Source: Squalus acanthias
Taxonomy: Eukaryota
Assembly (NCBI GenBank): GCA_030390025.1
Contig: CM059431.1
Coordinates: 145,578,001 to 145,642,000 of the forward strand
Length of the DNA stretch: 64,000 nt
Reading direction: 5' to 3'
Below the pieces are notes generated by a model. The model did no database searches and was not told where the DNA came from. It worked only from the letters and a program-made list of their open reading frames with translations. Of the stretch, positions 1 to 10,941 are shown one piece after another (positions within the stretch are counted from its first letter, which is position 1; each line of letters opens with the position of its first letter). A program made the translations under genes and the position numbers.

Positions 1-330
1 TACTATTCCTAGGGCCACTTCCCTAAGTACCCTAAATTGGAGATTATCAAGCCCTGGGGATTTATCGGGCTTCAATCCCGTCAATTTCCCTAACACCATT
101 TCCCTACAAATACTGATTTCATTCTGTTCTTCCCTCTCATTAGACCCTATGTTCCCCGACATCTCTAGGAGTTTATTTGTGTCCTCTTTTGTGAAGACAG
201 AACCAAAGTATGTATTTAATTGGTCTGCCATTTCTTTGTTCCCCATTATAAATTCGCCTGATTCTGACTGCAAGGGACCTACGCTTGACTTCACCAATCT
301 TTTGCTCTTCTCATATCTTCTGTACATCTA
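1..330 (-). mobile_element. CR1 LINE ORF2 fragment
   Basis: Reverse complement reads like the CR1 ORF2 linker (MADQLNTYFGSVFTKE); runs off the window edge. Confidence 0.75.
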
Positions 331-364
331 TCAAACCCTTTCACAATTTTAAAGACAGTATTAC

Positions 365-945
365 ACAGTATTTACAGCAGGGAAACAGGACATTCAGCCC
401 AACAGGTCCATGGCCGTGTTTTTATTTTCCACACGAGCCTCCCCCCACCCTCCTTCATCTAACTCCATCAACAAATCCTTCTATTACTTTCTCCATCATG
501 TGTTTATCTAGATTCCCCTTAAACGCATTTATGCTCTTCGCCAAAATTAATGCTTGTGGAAGCGAGTTCCACATTCTAATCACTCTCTTTGTATATAAGT
601 TTCTCCTGAATTACCTATTGGATTTATCAGTGACTACCTGATATATGGCCCCTAGTTCTGGTTTCTCCCAATCTTGAAAACATCTTCTCTACGTCTATCA
701 AACGCTTTCATAATCTTAAAGACTTCTATCTGGTCACCATTCTGTCTTCTATTTTCTATGGAAAATTGTCCCAATTTGTTTAATCTTTCCTGATAGGTAT
801 AACCTCTGAACTCTGGTGTCATTCTAGTTAAGACTTTTTGCACCTTCTCCAGTGCCTCAATATCCTTTTTAAAATTCGGAGACCTGAACTGTTCATAGTA
901 CTCCAAGTGTCGTATAACCAAGGTTCTATATGAGTTTAACATAAC
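365..945 (-). mobile_element. CR1 LINE 3' fragment
   Basis: ORF 652-942 YRTLVIRHLEY...DIEALEKVQ...YQERLNKLG matches the CR1 RT C-terminus. Confidence 0.85.
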
Positions 946-1404
946 TTATCTATTTTGCCAGTTATTTCGCAGCACCAAACTCACCATTGTCCCTAAATGG
1001 ATCAGTATCCCAGTGGGAAAGAGGATTGTGATTTCGAGTTGTTACTCGCCATCCTATTTGTCAGTAATTTTCCCGTTAGCTGAAAATAAGACGAGAAAAA
1101 AGGAGCAGATCCAACGAACCGGTCTGTAACACTATGCGGCATCTACAAAATTTTCTCTTGCTCTTACAGTGAAGCAGAGGCCCGTTTTAACTCTTAATCC
1201 GCCAACTATGACATTAAGAATAACGTGTCGGAGAAAGACTGGATTTCAGTCTGGTGACATTCGGGCAGTGCTAAGTTCAGTTGATTTGATTGCCGACCGG
1301 CTCGCGGGTGGATTTGCAATTCGTATGCGGCTGCTCTGTGAATTTTCCAGATTAAACGGCCTAAAACTCGAATTGAATCTATTGACCTACGTCTTGGGTA
1401 TAAT

Positions 1405-1566
1405 CAGGACGGAAATCCATAGATTTTTGGATATTAGAGAATCAAGGGACATGGGAACCGGGCTGGAAAGTGGAGTTGATGTCGTAGATCAGCCATGCTC
1501 TTATTGAATGTTGGAGCAGGCTCGAGGGGCCTATGGCCTACTCCTGCTCCTAATTCTTATGTTATG
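1405..1566 (+). mobile_element. CR1 3' UTR fragment
   Basis: gatcagccatg...ggagcaggctcgaggggcc...ggcctactcctgctcct tail shared with other CR1 ends in this window (4850-4930, 46030-46110). Confidence 0.75.
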
Positions 1567-1629
1567 AATATCACTCTGGCTCATTTCCATGCAAGCACAG
1601 CAGAGAAGCAAACGGCCTGTCACCTCTCC

Positions 1630-2313
1630 CCTTCCCACCGTCCAGGAACCCAAACATGCTTTCCAGGTGAAACTGCGATTTACTTGTACTTCTTCCAACT
1701 GAAATGGCCGTTCACAATGCGGTGTAGCGCTGGGGAGACCAAACGTAGACTGTCTGAACACCTCCATTCAGTCCGCAAGCTTGAACTTGAGCTTCCGGTC
1801 GCTTGCCACTTTAAATCTCAGTCCCACTCCCACTCTGCTCTCTCTCTCTGTCCTTAGCCTCCTACAATGTTACAATGTTCAAATATATTTCAAACGGAAG
1901 CTCGAGAAACAGCCCTTAGTCTGTCGATTAGGCACTTTACAACCTTCAAGACACAACACTGAGTTTAACAACTTCAGATCATCATCACGGCTCCCATTCT
2001 CTTGGACTGCAGGCGCTGCTAATGGTTCTGCTGTTGTCATTTGTACCTCCTCTGGACTTGTCTCTTGTTTCTTTACTCATCCCATTAATTGCTTACTTGT
2101 CCTGTTGCTACCCTCTTTTGCCTTGCACCATCATCCCTTTTGTCATTTAATCTCTCCTCCCCTCCATCCTATCACTACAGTTTATTCTTTCCACCCCTGT
2201 GCCCACAATTTTCCCTGGCCTTGTACTTGCATATAAACTATTAAATCTCTAAATTCTTCAAGTTGTGATAAAATGTCACCGACCTGAAACATTAACTCTG
2301 TTTCACTCTCCAC
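1630..2313 (+). mobile_element. Penelope-like element remnant (GIY-YIG endonuclease C-terminus and pseudo-LTR)
   Basis: GETKRRLSEHLHSVRK...LPVACHF...KRKLEKQPLVCRLGTLQPS...NTEFNNF across a frameshift; 3' end gacctgaaacattaactctg is shared with 15775-15790. Confidence 0.8.
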
Positions 2314-2315
2314 AG

Positions 2316-2404
2316 TGCTGGAAAGTGGGATTAGAATAGCTATGGCTTGATGGCTGGCGCAGACACGATGGGCCGAAGGGCCTCTTTCTGTGCTATATAA
2401 CACT
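2316..2404 (+). mobile_element. CR1 3' terminus, with its tail interrupted by a DNA transposon
   Basis: gacacgatgggccgaagggcctctttctgtgctatataacacta; the tail resumes as tgactcta at 3302. Confidence 0.7.
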
Positions 2405-3301
2405 ATGGGGGAAAAATTGAGTTGGTTGCGCCTGCTGTTAGCGCCTTAAGAGGGCACTAATGGGGCGTAAATCATCTAGCGCCCAGGCACGGCAATGTTT
2501 GCGCCACTCGCGAAATTAACTAGACATTTTGCAGCAGCGCTAAACACTACCGCCACGATCTCCTGCGCCGGCAGATCGTGACGTCAGTCGAGTACGCAGC
2601 GCCCCAGTATCGCCCCGGAGCGGATATTGAGTGGCGCCCCCTGCCTTACTGCCTGACGGTAGCAACGACAGGTTGACTGGAGCGTTCTCCAGTCATGAAG
2701 GGAGTGGGGGAGCGCTAATTAAAGGCGACCGCTTCCTGCACTTTATTGTTGGTGCCATTTTTGAACCACACATTCTGAGCGAGAGGGAGAGAGACTTCTG
2801 GAGAGATTCAACGCTGTGTGAAGGAGTTTTGGGTACTGAGCAGCACTTTGCAGGTTCATTTTGATTTGCCATTCCTTGTATCGATTTAGAAGAGACTGTG
2901 CGGGCTGCACTCTGAGCTCTTCCCTGGTACTCTCCATTTTTCTTTCCAGCAGATTTGATGTGCAGGTCTCTCCAGGCCGAGATTCAAGGCTGCAATGAGC
3001 AGGATGTGGATGGAAAGCAAGATGAACCATCCCCTTTAAGAACTGGCCCGTGTCATTGTGTGTGTGTTCCATTGCTGACTGACATCACATGAGCTTCGCC
3101 AGTGCTCTGAGGTAGCGCCTCGCTCCTCGGCCTTTGCGCCTTAAGACAGGTGTAAAGCGCCTGATTTAGCGCTCCAATCACCTCCAGGGGCGATAAAAGT
3201 CAAGTTTGCAGTCGGTGGCGATAATTATCGCCAGGCGCTAATCTTTGCGCCCGGCCGATAATTGCGCCCCAATTGCGGCGATACTGAATTTCTCCCCCAT
3301 A
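2405..3301. mobile_element. Non-autonomous DNA transposon (MITE, PIF/Harbinger-like)
   Basis: Imperfect terminal inverted repeats tatgggggaaaaattgag / ctgaatttctcccccata; many GC-rich gcgcc/ggcg subterminal motifs; no transposase ORF. Confidence 0.6.
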
Positions 3302-3332
3302 TGACTCTATGGGGGAGAAATTCAGTATCGCC
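3277..3332. repeat. Perfect 25-bp inverted repeat with 6-nt spacer (two transposon ends facing each other)
   Basis: ggcgatactgaatttctcccccata-tgactc-tatgggggagaaattcagtatcgcc. Confidence 0.95.
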
Positions 3333-3337
3333 CCATG

Positions 3338-6300
3338 AGAAAAAGCTGTTCCGTCCTTAGTAGAACACGTGGTCCTGAGACCTATTGTGACGCATGTTAA
3401 CTCTCCTGTTTAGCCAGTAATGAAGCCAGACAATTCCTGGCGGATGATTGTAGATTACAGAGTCTTGAATAAAACCATCCCTGCTTGCGCTCCCACAGGA
3501 GCAGCTGTGATTGATTAAATCGGCAACATGCCCAGCTCTGTCCCTGTGTTCCCAGTACTGGACATATCTACTGGATTCTGGTCAATTCCCTCACACCCGG
3601 AGGAACAGTATAAGTTTGCTTTTACCTTTAAAGTTCAGCAGTATGCGTGGACTTGTTTGCCACAGGGGTTCCACAATAGCCCGTCTATTTTCCATCAGTG
3701 TATAGCTAACAGCCTATCAGAATTCAGTTAGCCAGGCCAGCTTGTGCATGATGTAGATGATTTACTGCTGTTCTCAGATAGCGAAGAGAAACATGAGGAA
3801 CTAATGCAGGAATTGTTAGAATTGCTTGCAGCCGTAGCTTTCAAGGTAAACTCCAAGGAGGCGCAGATAGGGCAAAGAGATGTTCAGTTTCTTAGACTGA
3901 CTATTAGATCAGGGGAGCGCGCAATATATAAAGCAAAGCGCCAAACTGTCCAGGAATTGCCCCGCCCGGGTTCAATAGCTGCTCTCAGATCATTCCTGGG
4001 TCTGACAGGGAACTGTAGAGAATTTATTGAGAATTAGGCAGCGACGGCAGCTCCTTTGCTGAGATTACTCAGAAAGGGAGTGGAATGGGATTGGGAGGAG
4101 TCCTGTGAGGAAGCTTTTGTAAAGTTGAAAAAGGACCTACAAACAGCACCAGCACTGGGAGCGTAGATCCTAAGAAGGACTTATTTTTGGAAATAGTGGT
4201 AGCAGACGTCAGTCTGAGTGCTGTTTTAATGCAGGAAGTGAATGGGTGTCTGAGACCAGTAGCTTATGTCTCCAAAGTGCTATCTGAGGTGGAGAAGGGA
4301 TACTCTACCTGTGAGCGGCACTTGCTGGCCACATTCAGGGCAGTGAAGCATTTTGCAATATTCTCGGGGACCCAGCCCATCACTCTCCTTACCCACGATC
4401 GCCAACCCGCCTCCTGTTAGAAGGCCGAATTCAGCAGGGAACCGTGTCAAGCACTCGGGTAGCTACATGGACCCTACAATTAGAAGGGATGAACCTGAAT
4501 GTGAAACCGATAACGGATCCGAAATTAGCACCCAACCTTTTACATATATCGCATTGGAACGTATAAATTCTGACAAGGCTAGACAGACTGCATGCAGGGA
4601 GGATGTTTCCCCTGGCTTGGAGTATCTAGAACGAGGTGTCACATTCTCAGGATACGGGTTAGGACATTTTGGACGGAGATGAGGAGCAATTTCTTCACTC
4701 AGAGGGTGGTGAACCTGTGGCATTCTCTACCACAGAAGGCAGTGGAGGCCAAGTCACTGCATATATTTAAGAAGGAGATAGATAGATTTCTAGACACAAA
4801 AGGCATCGAGGGGCAAGGGGGGAGACCGGGAATATAGTATCGAGATAGAGGATCAGCCATGGTCATATTGAATGGTGGAGCAGGCTCGAAGGGCCGAATG
4901 GCCTAATCCTGGTCCTATTTTTCTATGTTTCTATATGGGGGAACCCCAATCTTGTACAGTCGAGGGGGTCTGGGAAACAGAAGGCGGATTCAAACCTGGT
5001 ATCCACCCTGAAGGGAGAGACATATATGTGGATGGGTCTAGTTTTGTGGAAAAGGGGGAACGTAAAACAGGATGTGGAATTTACGACCCACAGAAAGGAA
5101 TGGAAGTGGCGATTAAGTTACCCACCACTCCTAGTGCTCAGCAGGCAGAGTTAGCAGCTGTAACTTATGCGGAAACACATCCCACCGATTTCCCCCCGCC
5201 CTATACGATCTGCTCTGACTCTATGTTTACATGTAATTCTTGCACAGAATATTTGGCGATTTGGGCTGGAAGAGGTTTTAAATCAGCAGATGGCAAGCCA
5301 CTGGTTACCGCGCCAATGCTGGCAAACATAACGGAAGTCATAAGAAGGGGAGGCGAGGAATACTATATCCATAAGGCCAAAGCCCACTCTAAAGCAGGAC
5401 CCAGATGGGAGGGAAATAGGAAAGCAGACGAGCTTGCTCAGGTGGGAGCGGAGAGAGGGGTCCCGTGGGACCCGTATCAATCGGGAGTGGGAGCAGCCAT
5501 CACTCCGGCTGTTACTATTCCGCTTCCCCCGGATATCAAAACAATACAGCTGACAGATGTAGTGTTAAAAGGTGACCTCAAGGAAAGAAAAGCAGGTCAG
5601 ATGGTGGTAGGGCCTTATGGGGCCAAAGATGTAAACATCAGGGAAGGTATGTTGTTCAAAGGAAAGAAGTGGATTGTGCCCGAGGGATACTGGGCGAAAT
5701 TAATGCAGCTCACTCACGGGGGACCGGGGGTTGGACACCCCGGACCCGAAACAACCTCTAACCGGGTCGAGGAGGTAGGGTGGTGTCCTCATCTGAGGAA
5801 AGACATAGAAGATTAGTGTAAAACCTGTTTAGTGTGTGCTGCTAACAATCCTGACATACATAAAAGAAAGGCTCCCCTCGGACACCCCCGTCGACCAGAG
5901 GGACCGTGGCAGTGGGTCCGGATAGATTTTATCAGACTCCTGACCACCACTAAGAAGGACAATAAATATTGTCTAGTCCTAGTGGACAATTTTACCAAGT
6001 GCGTCGAAGCTTTCTCGTGCAAGTCGGCCACGGCATTGTGGACGGCCAAGACCCTAGTTACGGAGTTATTTTCTAGATGGGGGCTCCCTCGATTGGTAGA
6101 GTCAGACCAAGGCAGTCATTTTACAGGTCAAGTGATGCAAGCCACCCTGAAATTGTTTGGAATTGCTGGGAAATGGCACGTAACCCACAACCCGCAGTCA
6201 TCAGGGATTGTGGAAAGAATGAACCGCATGTTGAAGTTGGCCCTGCGAAAGGAATTAAACGAACAGCCCACTAAGTGGGATGAGGTACTTCCACTAATCC

Positions 6301-6740
6301 TTATGGGGATACATAGTAACTAATCCAAAGGAGCGGGTCACTCCCCTCATGAATTGGTAACAGGGAGGCCCATGCGAACCCCCACACACCTGTTGGCCCC
6401 CACTCCGACTGATAAACAAATGAAATAAGTCACTCGGGACGAATTCCTGTGTGACCTGTGGGGAACTTTGAAAGAACTGAACTTGAGAGCCGCCCACAAC
6501 ATTTGGAAGACACAGCAACGCAACAGATTACACCTGACTCCGAGTAAACCCCAGGAGTGGGAAGCAGAGAGCCAGGTAATGGTACAAAACTATGCGAGGA
6601 TGGGAGTTTTCGAATCCCTCTACAAGGGACCATATAACATTGTTGACAAAGCTTATCCTATGGTATACACGGTTCAGTTACCTCAGAAAATCAAATGGTT
6701 TCACATTAACCAGATGAAGTATTTTCAGCCCACAAGCAGG
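3338..6740 (+). pseudogene. pol: Retroviral pol (RT, degenerate RNase H, RNase H, integrase), disrupted by stops, frameshifts and a CR1 insertion
   Basis: NSPV*PVMKPDNSWRMIVDYRVLN; LDISTGFWSIP; LPQGFHNSPSIF; xVDDLL; RPVAYVSKVL..CERHLLA; YVDGSS..AQQAEL..SDS..GNRKADELA; H-H-C-C; RIDF..SDQGSHF..SSGIVERMN; GPY. Confidence 0.93.
4550..4931 (+). mobile_element. 5'-truncated CR1 inserted into pol
   Basis: EMRSNFFTQRVVNLWHSLPQKAVEA is the CR1 C-terminus, followed by the 3' UTR and ttctatgtttctat tail; candidate TSD tatat (4545-4549 / 4932-4936). Confidence 0.9.
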
Positions 6741-7053
6741 TCAAGAAGACAGCAAGCCACGATCATGAGCATGGTGAGACTGATCTCAGCCGCTCCAATG
6801 GGATGATGGAGAAGGGGTGCCTAATGAAGCGTCCCCCCCACCCCGCCCCTGAGGCACCTCCGTGTGCCAAGGTGCCTCCCCAGGTACAGGATGGTGGTTA
6901 CAATCTGAGGCAACGACCTGGGAAACGGCCAAGGCGGTCCAGTGAATAGTCAGTGCAGAGCCTAAAAGGCCAATGAAGGGAAGAAGGGAGGCGGGACTGG
7001 GAGTAACTCTTCGCTTTGTTCCCCTCTTCAACAGGCCAGAACAAGGCAGATAA

Positions 7054-9519
7054 ATGAGGAGGATATTTAGGTTGCTGTGTGACATAGCGCTCCATCTCGA
7101 AAGGGCAGCAGGAACTCATGTGGAAGCATCCAGCGATTCAAGTTACGGCAGTCAGATTCCCATTGCCCCGTAACTCCGCCTCAAGGTATCGCTCGGGAGG
7201 TTACCCTCCGATCTATCAAGGGTACGTGCGACACAAGTTGTTCAGGAATAGTCCGGGTAACCACATACACGGTCTAAGAAGGGAGGGGAATATGTATAAA
7301 GTATAAGAGTGGGACTGTGAATCAGCCGCGTGTATGGTTCATTCAGGCAAAGTGGGTGACAATACTAGTTACCGCCAGATAGGAGATCCTTGGGGATATA
7401 ATGGGAGCCCAACTCAATGGGAAGACCATGGGGAAACCATGTTGTGTTGGCCAGGGTGGAGGCAGGAGCATGAGGGTATATATGGATTTGTAAACCCTCG
7501 ACCAGGCCCACTGAAGAATTGGGTCAGTTCTGTGTCCGAATTCCCGGTTTGCAGCCTTTCTCCTGCGTTCGTGTCCGGTACAGAAAATGAACCCCCTTAT
7601 CAATGGATGCTGGGTGAAAAGGAGGGAGGGCTGGGCCATGAAATGTGTGTCACTGATCATGTATCGGAATGTGGAAACGGAACCACAGATACCAGAGAAT
7701 TCAAAGTGAAAGTCCGTCCGAAACTACCCCCCCCCCCCCCATCCCGCAAATAAAACACAATGGCAGGAAGAATAAGAAACCCGGGTTGTCTCCCAAACAC
7801 ACTCCGGGGCCGACACATGGGTTAGTGGTAGTCCCAACTCGGATATTGGACCATGATGTGCATCACCAGGTGGTGCCTGTGATATTAAATCTGACCGAGG
7901 TGGGGATACCGGACTGGTGCAAACCAGAACCAGTGCGGTTATATGGGAGAATGGTGCGTGAATTAATACAAGGATTTTGGGAAAGAGCCAGCACAACTTT
8001 GGCGGAATTGGACTTAGACCCATTATATCGCAAGGGCTCAGGAGATGGTAATGGATTTAACAATAACTTTGGGGAAATACTGAGATCACTGAAGGAAACA
8101 ACGTCGGTTACGGGGTTAAAGGGGACCATATCAGAACACGACGGGGTCTGATAAGTGATGCAGCCACTGTTTTTAATACCGGATCCTAACCTCGTTAACA
8201 GTCTTGATTTAGCTAATTCGGATCAATCCGTAAAGGCAGTTAGAAATCATCTAAAGGAAATTCTGAATAAAATGAATGTCCTGGAACAAGAGGAATTGAA
8301 GGAGGACCAAATTATGATACATTCATCTGCAGGACGTGGTTAACTATTTAGAATCTCACGCTAAAAATATCAACCAAATTTTAAAGGAGAATCTGAATGC
8401 CTCTAGTGAGGCCGCGTGAAATGATGTTTGTGTAATGTATGGATCCTGGTTAGTGGAACAAGCCCGTGATAACCTGCAGAGCATTGCTGAGGGGAACTCC
8501 CATTGTGGGTGACTGATCGGCACCTGAGGGCAATGTCCACTTATCAATGTAAAATGAATATGTGTAAAGTCTGGGGGTTGGTACAGGTGTACCAGCTGAA
8601 ACATGAATGCCATTTGCAGGAACAGAACGACTTCACCTTATTAGGGATGGTATTGTATTATCCCATCCTGCAGGAAAAGGCGACCCCAAATCCTCTATTC
8701 CGCGTGGAGAATATAGGAGTTCGTCAGGAAGAACACTTAGTAAGGTATGACGAGGCCCCACAATGTGTGACCCGGGTAGATGGGACCACATGGGTGGCCC
8801 CAGATCTTACCGGGTGCGCTCAAGCTCGGGACAGATTCATCTGCCCTTATGACGTGGTAGAACACGCAGCCCCTGCGTGCGGATTCGATTGCGATGGGAT
8901 AGAATGAAACTGCATCATGAAAGTAGTTGCGGGAAAGCTTTTCCCCGTACAATCTGCGTACTGAGGGAAAGGTGAGTATTGTGTCACCACCATACACCGG
9001 GAATACCAGTATGGTAACAACTTGACTTGTCCCATTGCGGCGGGAACTTTTTGCTTTACCCCAGTCTAACCTGCAAGACTTGGGGCGCGGGGTTTATTAA
9101 ACATTTATTCGCATAGACAAGTAGATATCGCTGTAGAAGATAAATTAAAAGAGCAATTAAACCAGTACGTGACTCGATTCGGCTATGACATTCCACCTCT
9201 ACCAGAATACCTGGTAGAGGTAATGCAACGAGTTAGTCGGTCTCAAAAGTACTTTTATACCGTGGCCCAGAAAAACCGGAACCTAAGTGAAGAAATGTCT
9301 AACATTGGGGACGATTCGTCCTGGTGGGAGATCGGTCAGAGTATTGAGGATCATCCCTGGATAAGAATTATCTCCCAAGTTCTGGTCATTGTTCAGTTGC
9401 TGATTGTGTTATGTTTACTAACGATAACTTGTCGAGCCAACAGACGCCGCAAGCATCAAGCATTGGTCAAGCTGTTACAGAAGAGGCCGAAGGAAGAACA
9501 CAGTGCCTACAAGTTGTAA
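7054..9519 (+). pseudogene. env: Envelope glycoprotein (class I fusogen, F-protein-like), disrupted; 5' end uncertain
   Basis: Furin site RTRR at 8133-8144, then GLISDAATVFNTGS, heptad repeats, Cys-rich region 8503-9060, HR2, aromatic SSWWEIG..HPW, TM IISQVLVIVQLLIVLCLLTITC, basic tail RANRRRKH; 8503-9519 is one frame with 3 stops. Confidence 0.8.
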
Positions 9520-9553
9520 GTGCCTGTGAGCCTTGATTCGGGTGCGCAGCCAC

Positions 9554-9643
9554 TTGAGGGTGGAAACTGTAGAACACACTATTTGAGGGTGGACACTGTA
9601 CAACACACTATTTGAGGGTGGACACAGTACAACACACTATTTG
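9554..9643 (+). repeat. Three tandem 29-bp copies of the polypurine tract / LTR junction
   Basis: ttgagggtggaaactgtagaacacactat at 9554, with variants at 9583 and 9612. Confidence 0.9.
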
Positions 9644-10324
9644 CTGTAACAGTTGATCAAATTTTACCATCATGCTTCGCGAGGACCAAGAATTGTTGCT
9701 GTGAAAACTTTGCAAAATAAACTGTTTGACTTTTAAGCTGCAAAAGCTGCCAATTGCCTTTCAACAGATATGGAAAACAATCTAATTGAGGTTCTGCGGG
9801 AACCCGCTATTGACTGTGAAATCAGAGCAATAATGAAACATCTTCAGATTATGGAATAGACCGAACCTTGCGACCCAGATTTGATCAACGAAATAATGAT
9901 AAGAGCGTCTGAGAAACAATTAATGAGCATTATGCCATATAGTTAGAAACATGAATGCTGTGTGCGAGTTGCCAAGTTTTGGGGTATAATTGTTGTTAGA
10001 CACTGACATCCGGGGCTATAGTCGAAGTTACCTGGTCAGTTGCCAGTTGGAGTTCGTCATACATATAGTCATCGTTGAATTGACCTGTCATCTGGTGAAT
10101 AGTCTGTATGTGGTTTTGTTACAAACACCTGAGCTTAATGTCAATGATTTTAGATGCTTGCTTGTGATAAGTGCATGAATTGAGCACAGTTTGTATTCTG
10201 GGAATTACTTGTAACCTCTTCTTGAATTTTAAGTAAAATAAGTTTCACAGATTCATTGGGTTTTGAGTTGCCTGTTCCACGGGTCTGAACTCTATAAACT
10301 CTCAGACATTCAGAAAGTCTTACA
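9568..10324 (+). repeat. Putative 3' LTR
   Basis: Starts TGTA just after purine-rich gagggtggaaac and ends TACA at 10321-10324, where an unrelated minisatellite begins; TATA-like tataat near 9985, agtaaa near 10231. No partner LTR in the window to confirm it. Confidence 0.6.
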
Positions 10325-10325
10325 A

Positions 10326-10941
10326 AACTGACCGAGACCTCCTCCAGAGGGGACTGAGCGAGACCGCCTCCAGAGGAGACTGTCCGAGAGCTTCTCCAGA
10401 GGAGACTGACCGAGACCTCCTCCAGAGAAGACTGACCGAGACCACCTCCAGAGGAGACCGAGAGCTTTTCCAGAGGAGACTGACCGAGACCTCCTTCAGA
10501 GAAGACTGACCGAGAGCTTCTCCAGAGGAGACTGACCGAGACCTCCTCCAGAGGAGACTGACCGAGACCTCCTCCAGAGGAGACTGACCGAGAGCTTCTA
10601 CAGAGGAGACTGATCGAGACCGTCTCCAGAGGGGAGTGAGCCAGACCTCCTGCAGAGGGGATTGACCGAGACCTCCTCCAGATTGGACTGACCCAGACAT
10701 TCGCCAGAGCGAAATAACCGAGGACTTCTCCAGACGTGACTGACCGAGGCCTCCTCCAAGGGGCACTGACCGAGACCTTCTCCAGAGGTGACTGACGGAG
10801 CCCTCCTTGAGAGCGAACTGACCGAGGCCTCCTCCATAGGAGACTAACCGAGGCCTCCTCCAGAGGAGACTGAACGACCCCTGCTCCAGATGGGACTGAC
10901 CGAGATCTCCTCCATAGGAGACTGACCAAGGTCGCCTCCAC
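10326..10941. repeat. 26-bp minisatellite, about 23 copies
   Basis: Unit gaggagactgaccgagacctcctcca. Confidence 0.95.

Larger units (their letters stand above)
3338..10324 (+). mobile_element. Endogenous retrovirus-like provirus, 5'-truncated (no gag, PR or 5' LTR); lokiretrovirus/foamy-like
   Basis: Collinear RT - tether RNase H - RNase H - IN - env - PPT - LTR order. Confidence 0.9.

Noticed and set aside
3338..9519. APOBEC-type hypermutation or functional domestication of the provirus
   Set aside because: Lesions are a mix of stops and indels, consistent with neutral decay. A mutation bias cannot be shown without a consensus, and env is not intact.
10150..10941. 263-aa minus-strand ORF
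   Set aside because: Translation of the 26-bp minisatellite; no domain evidence.
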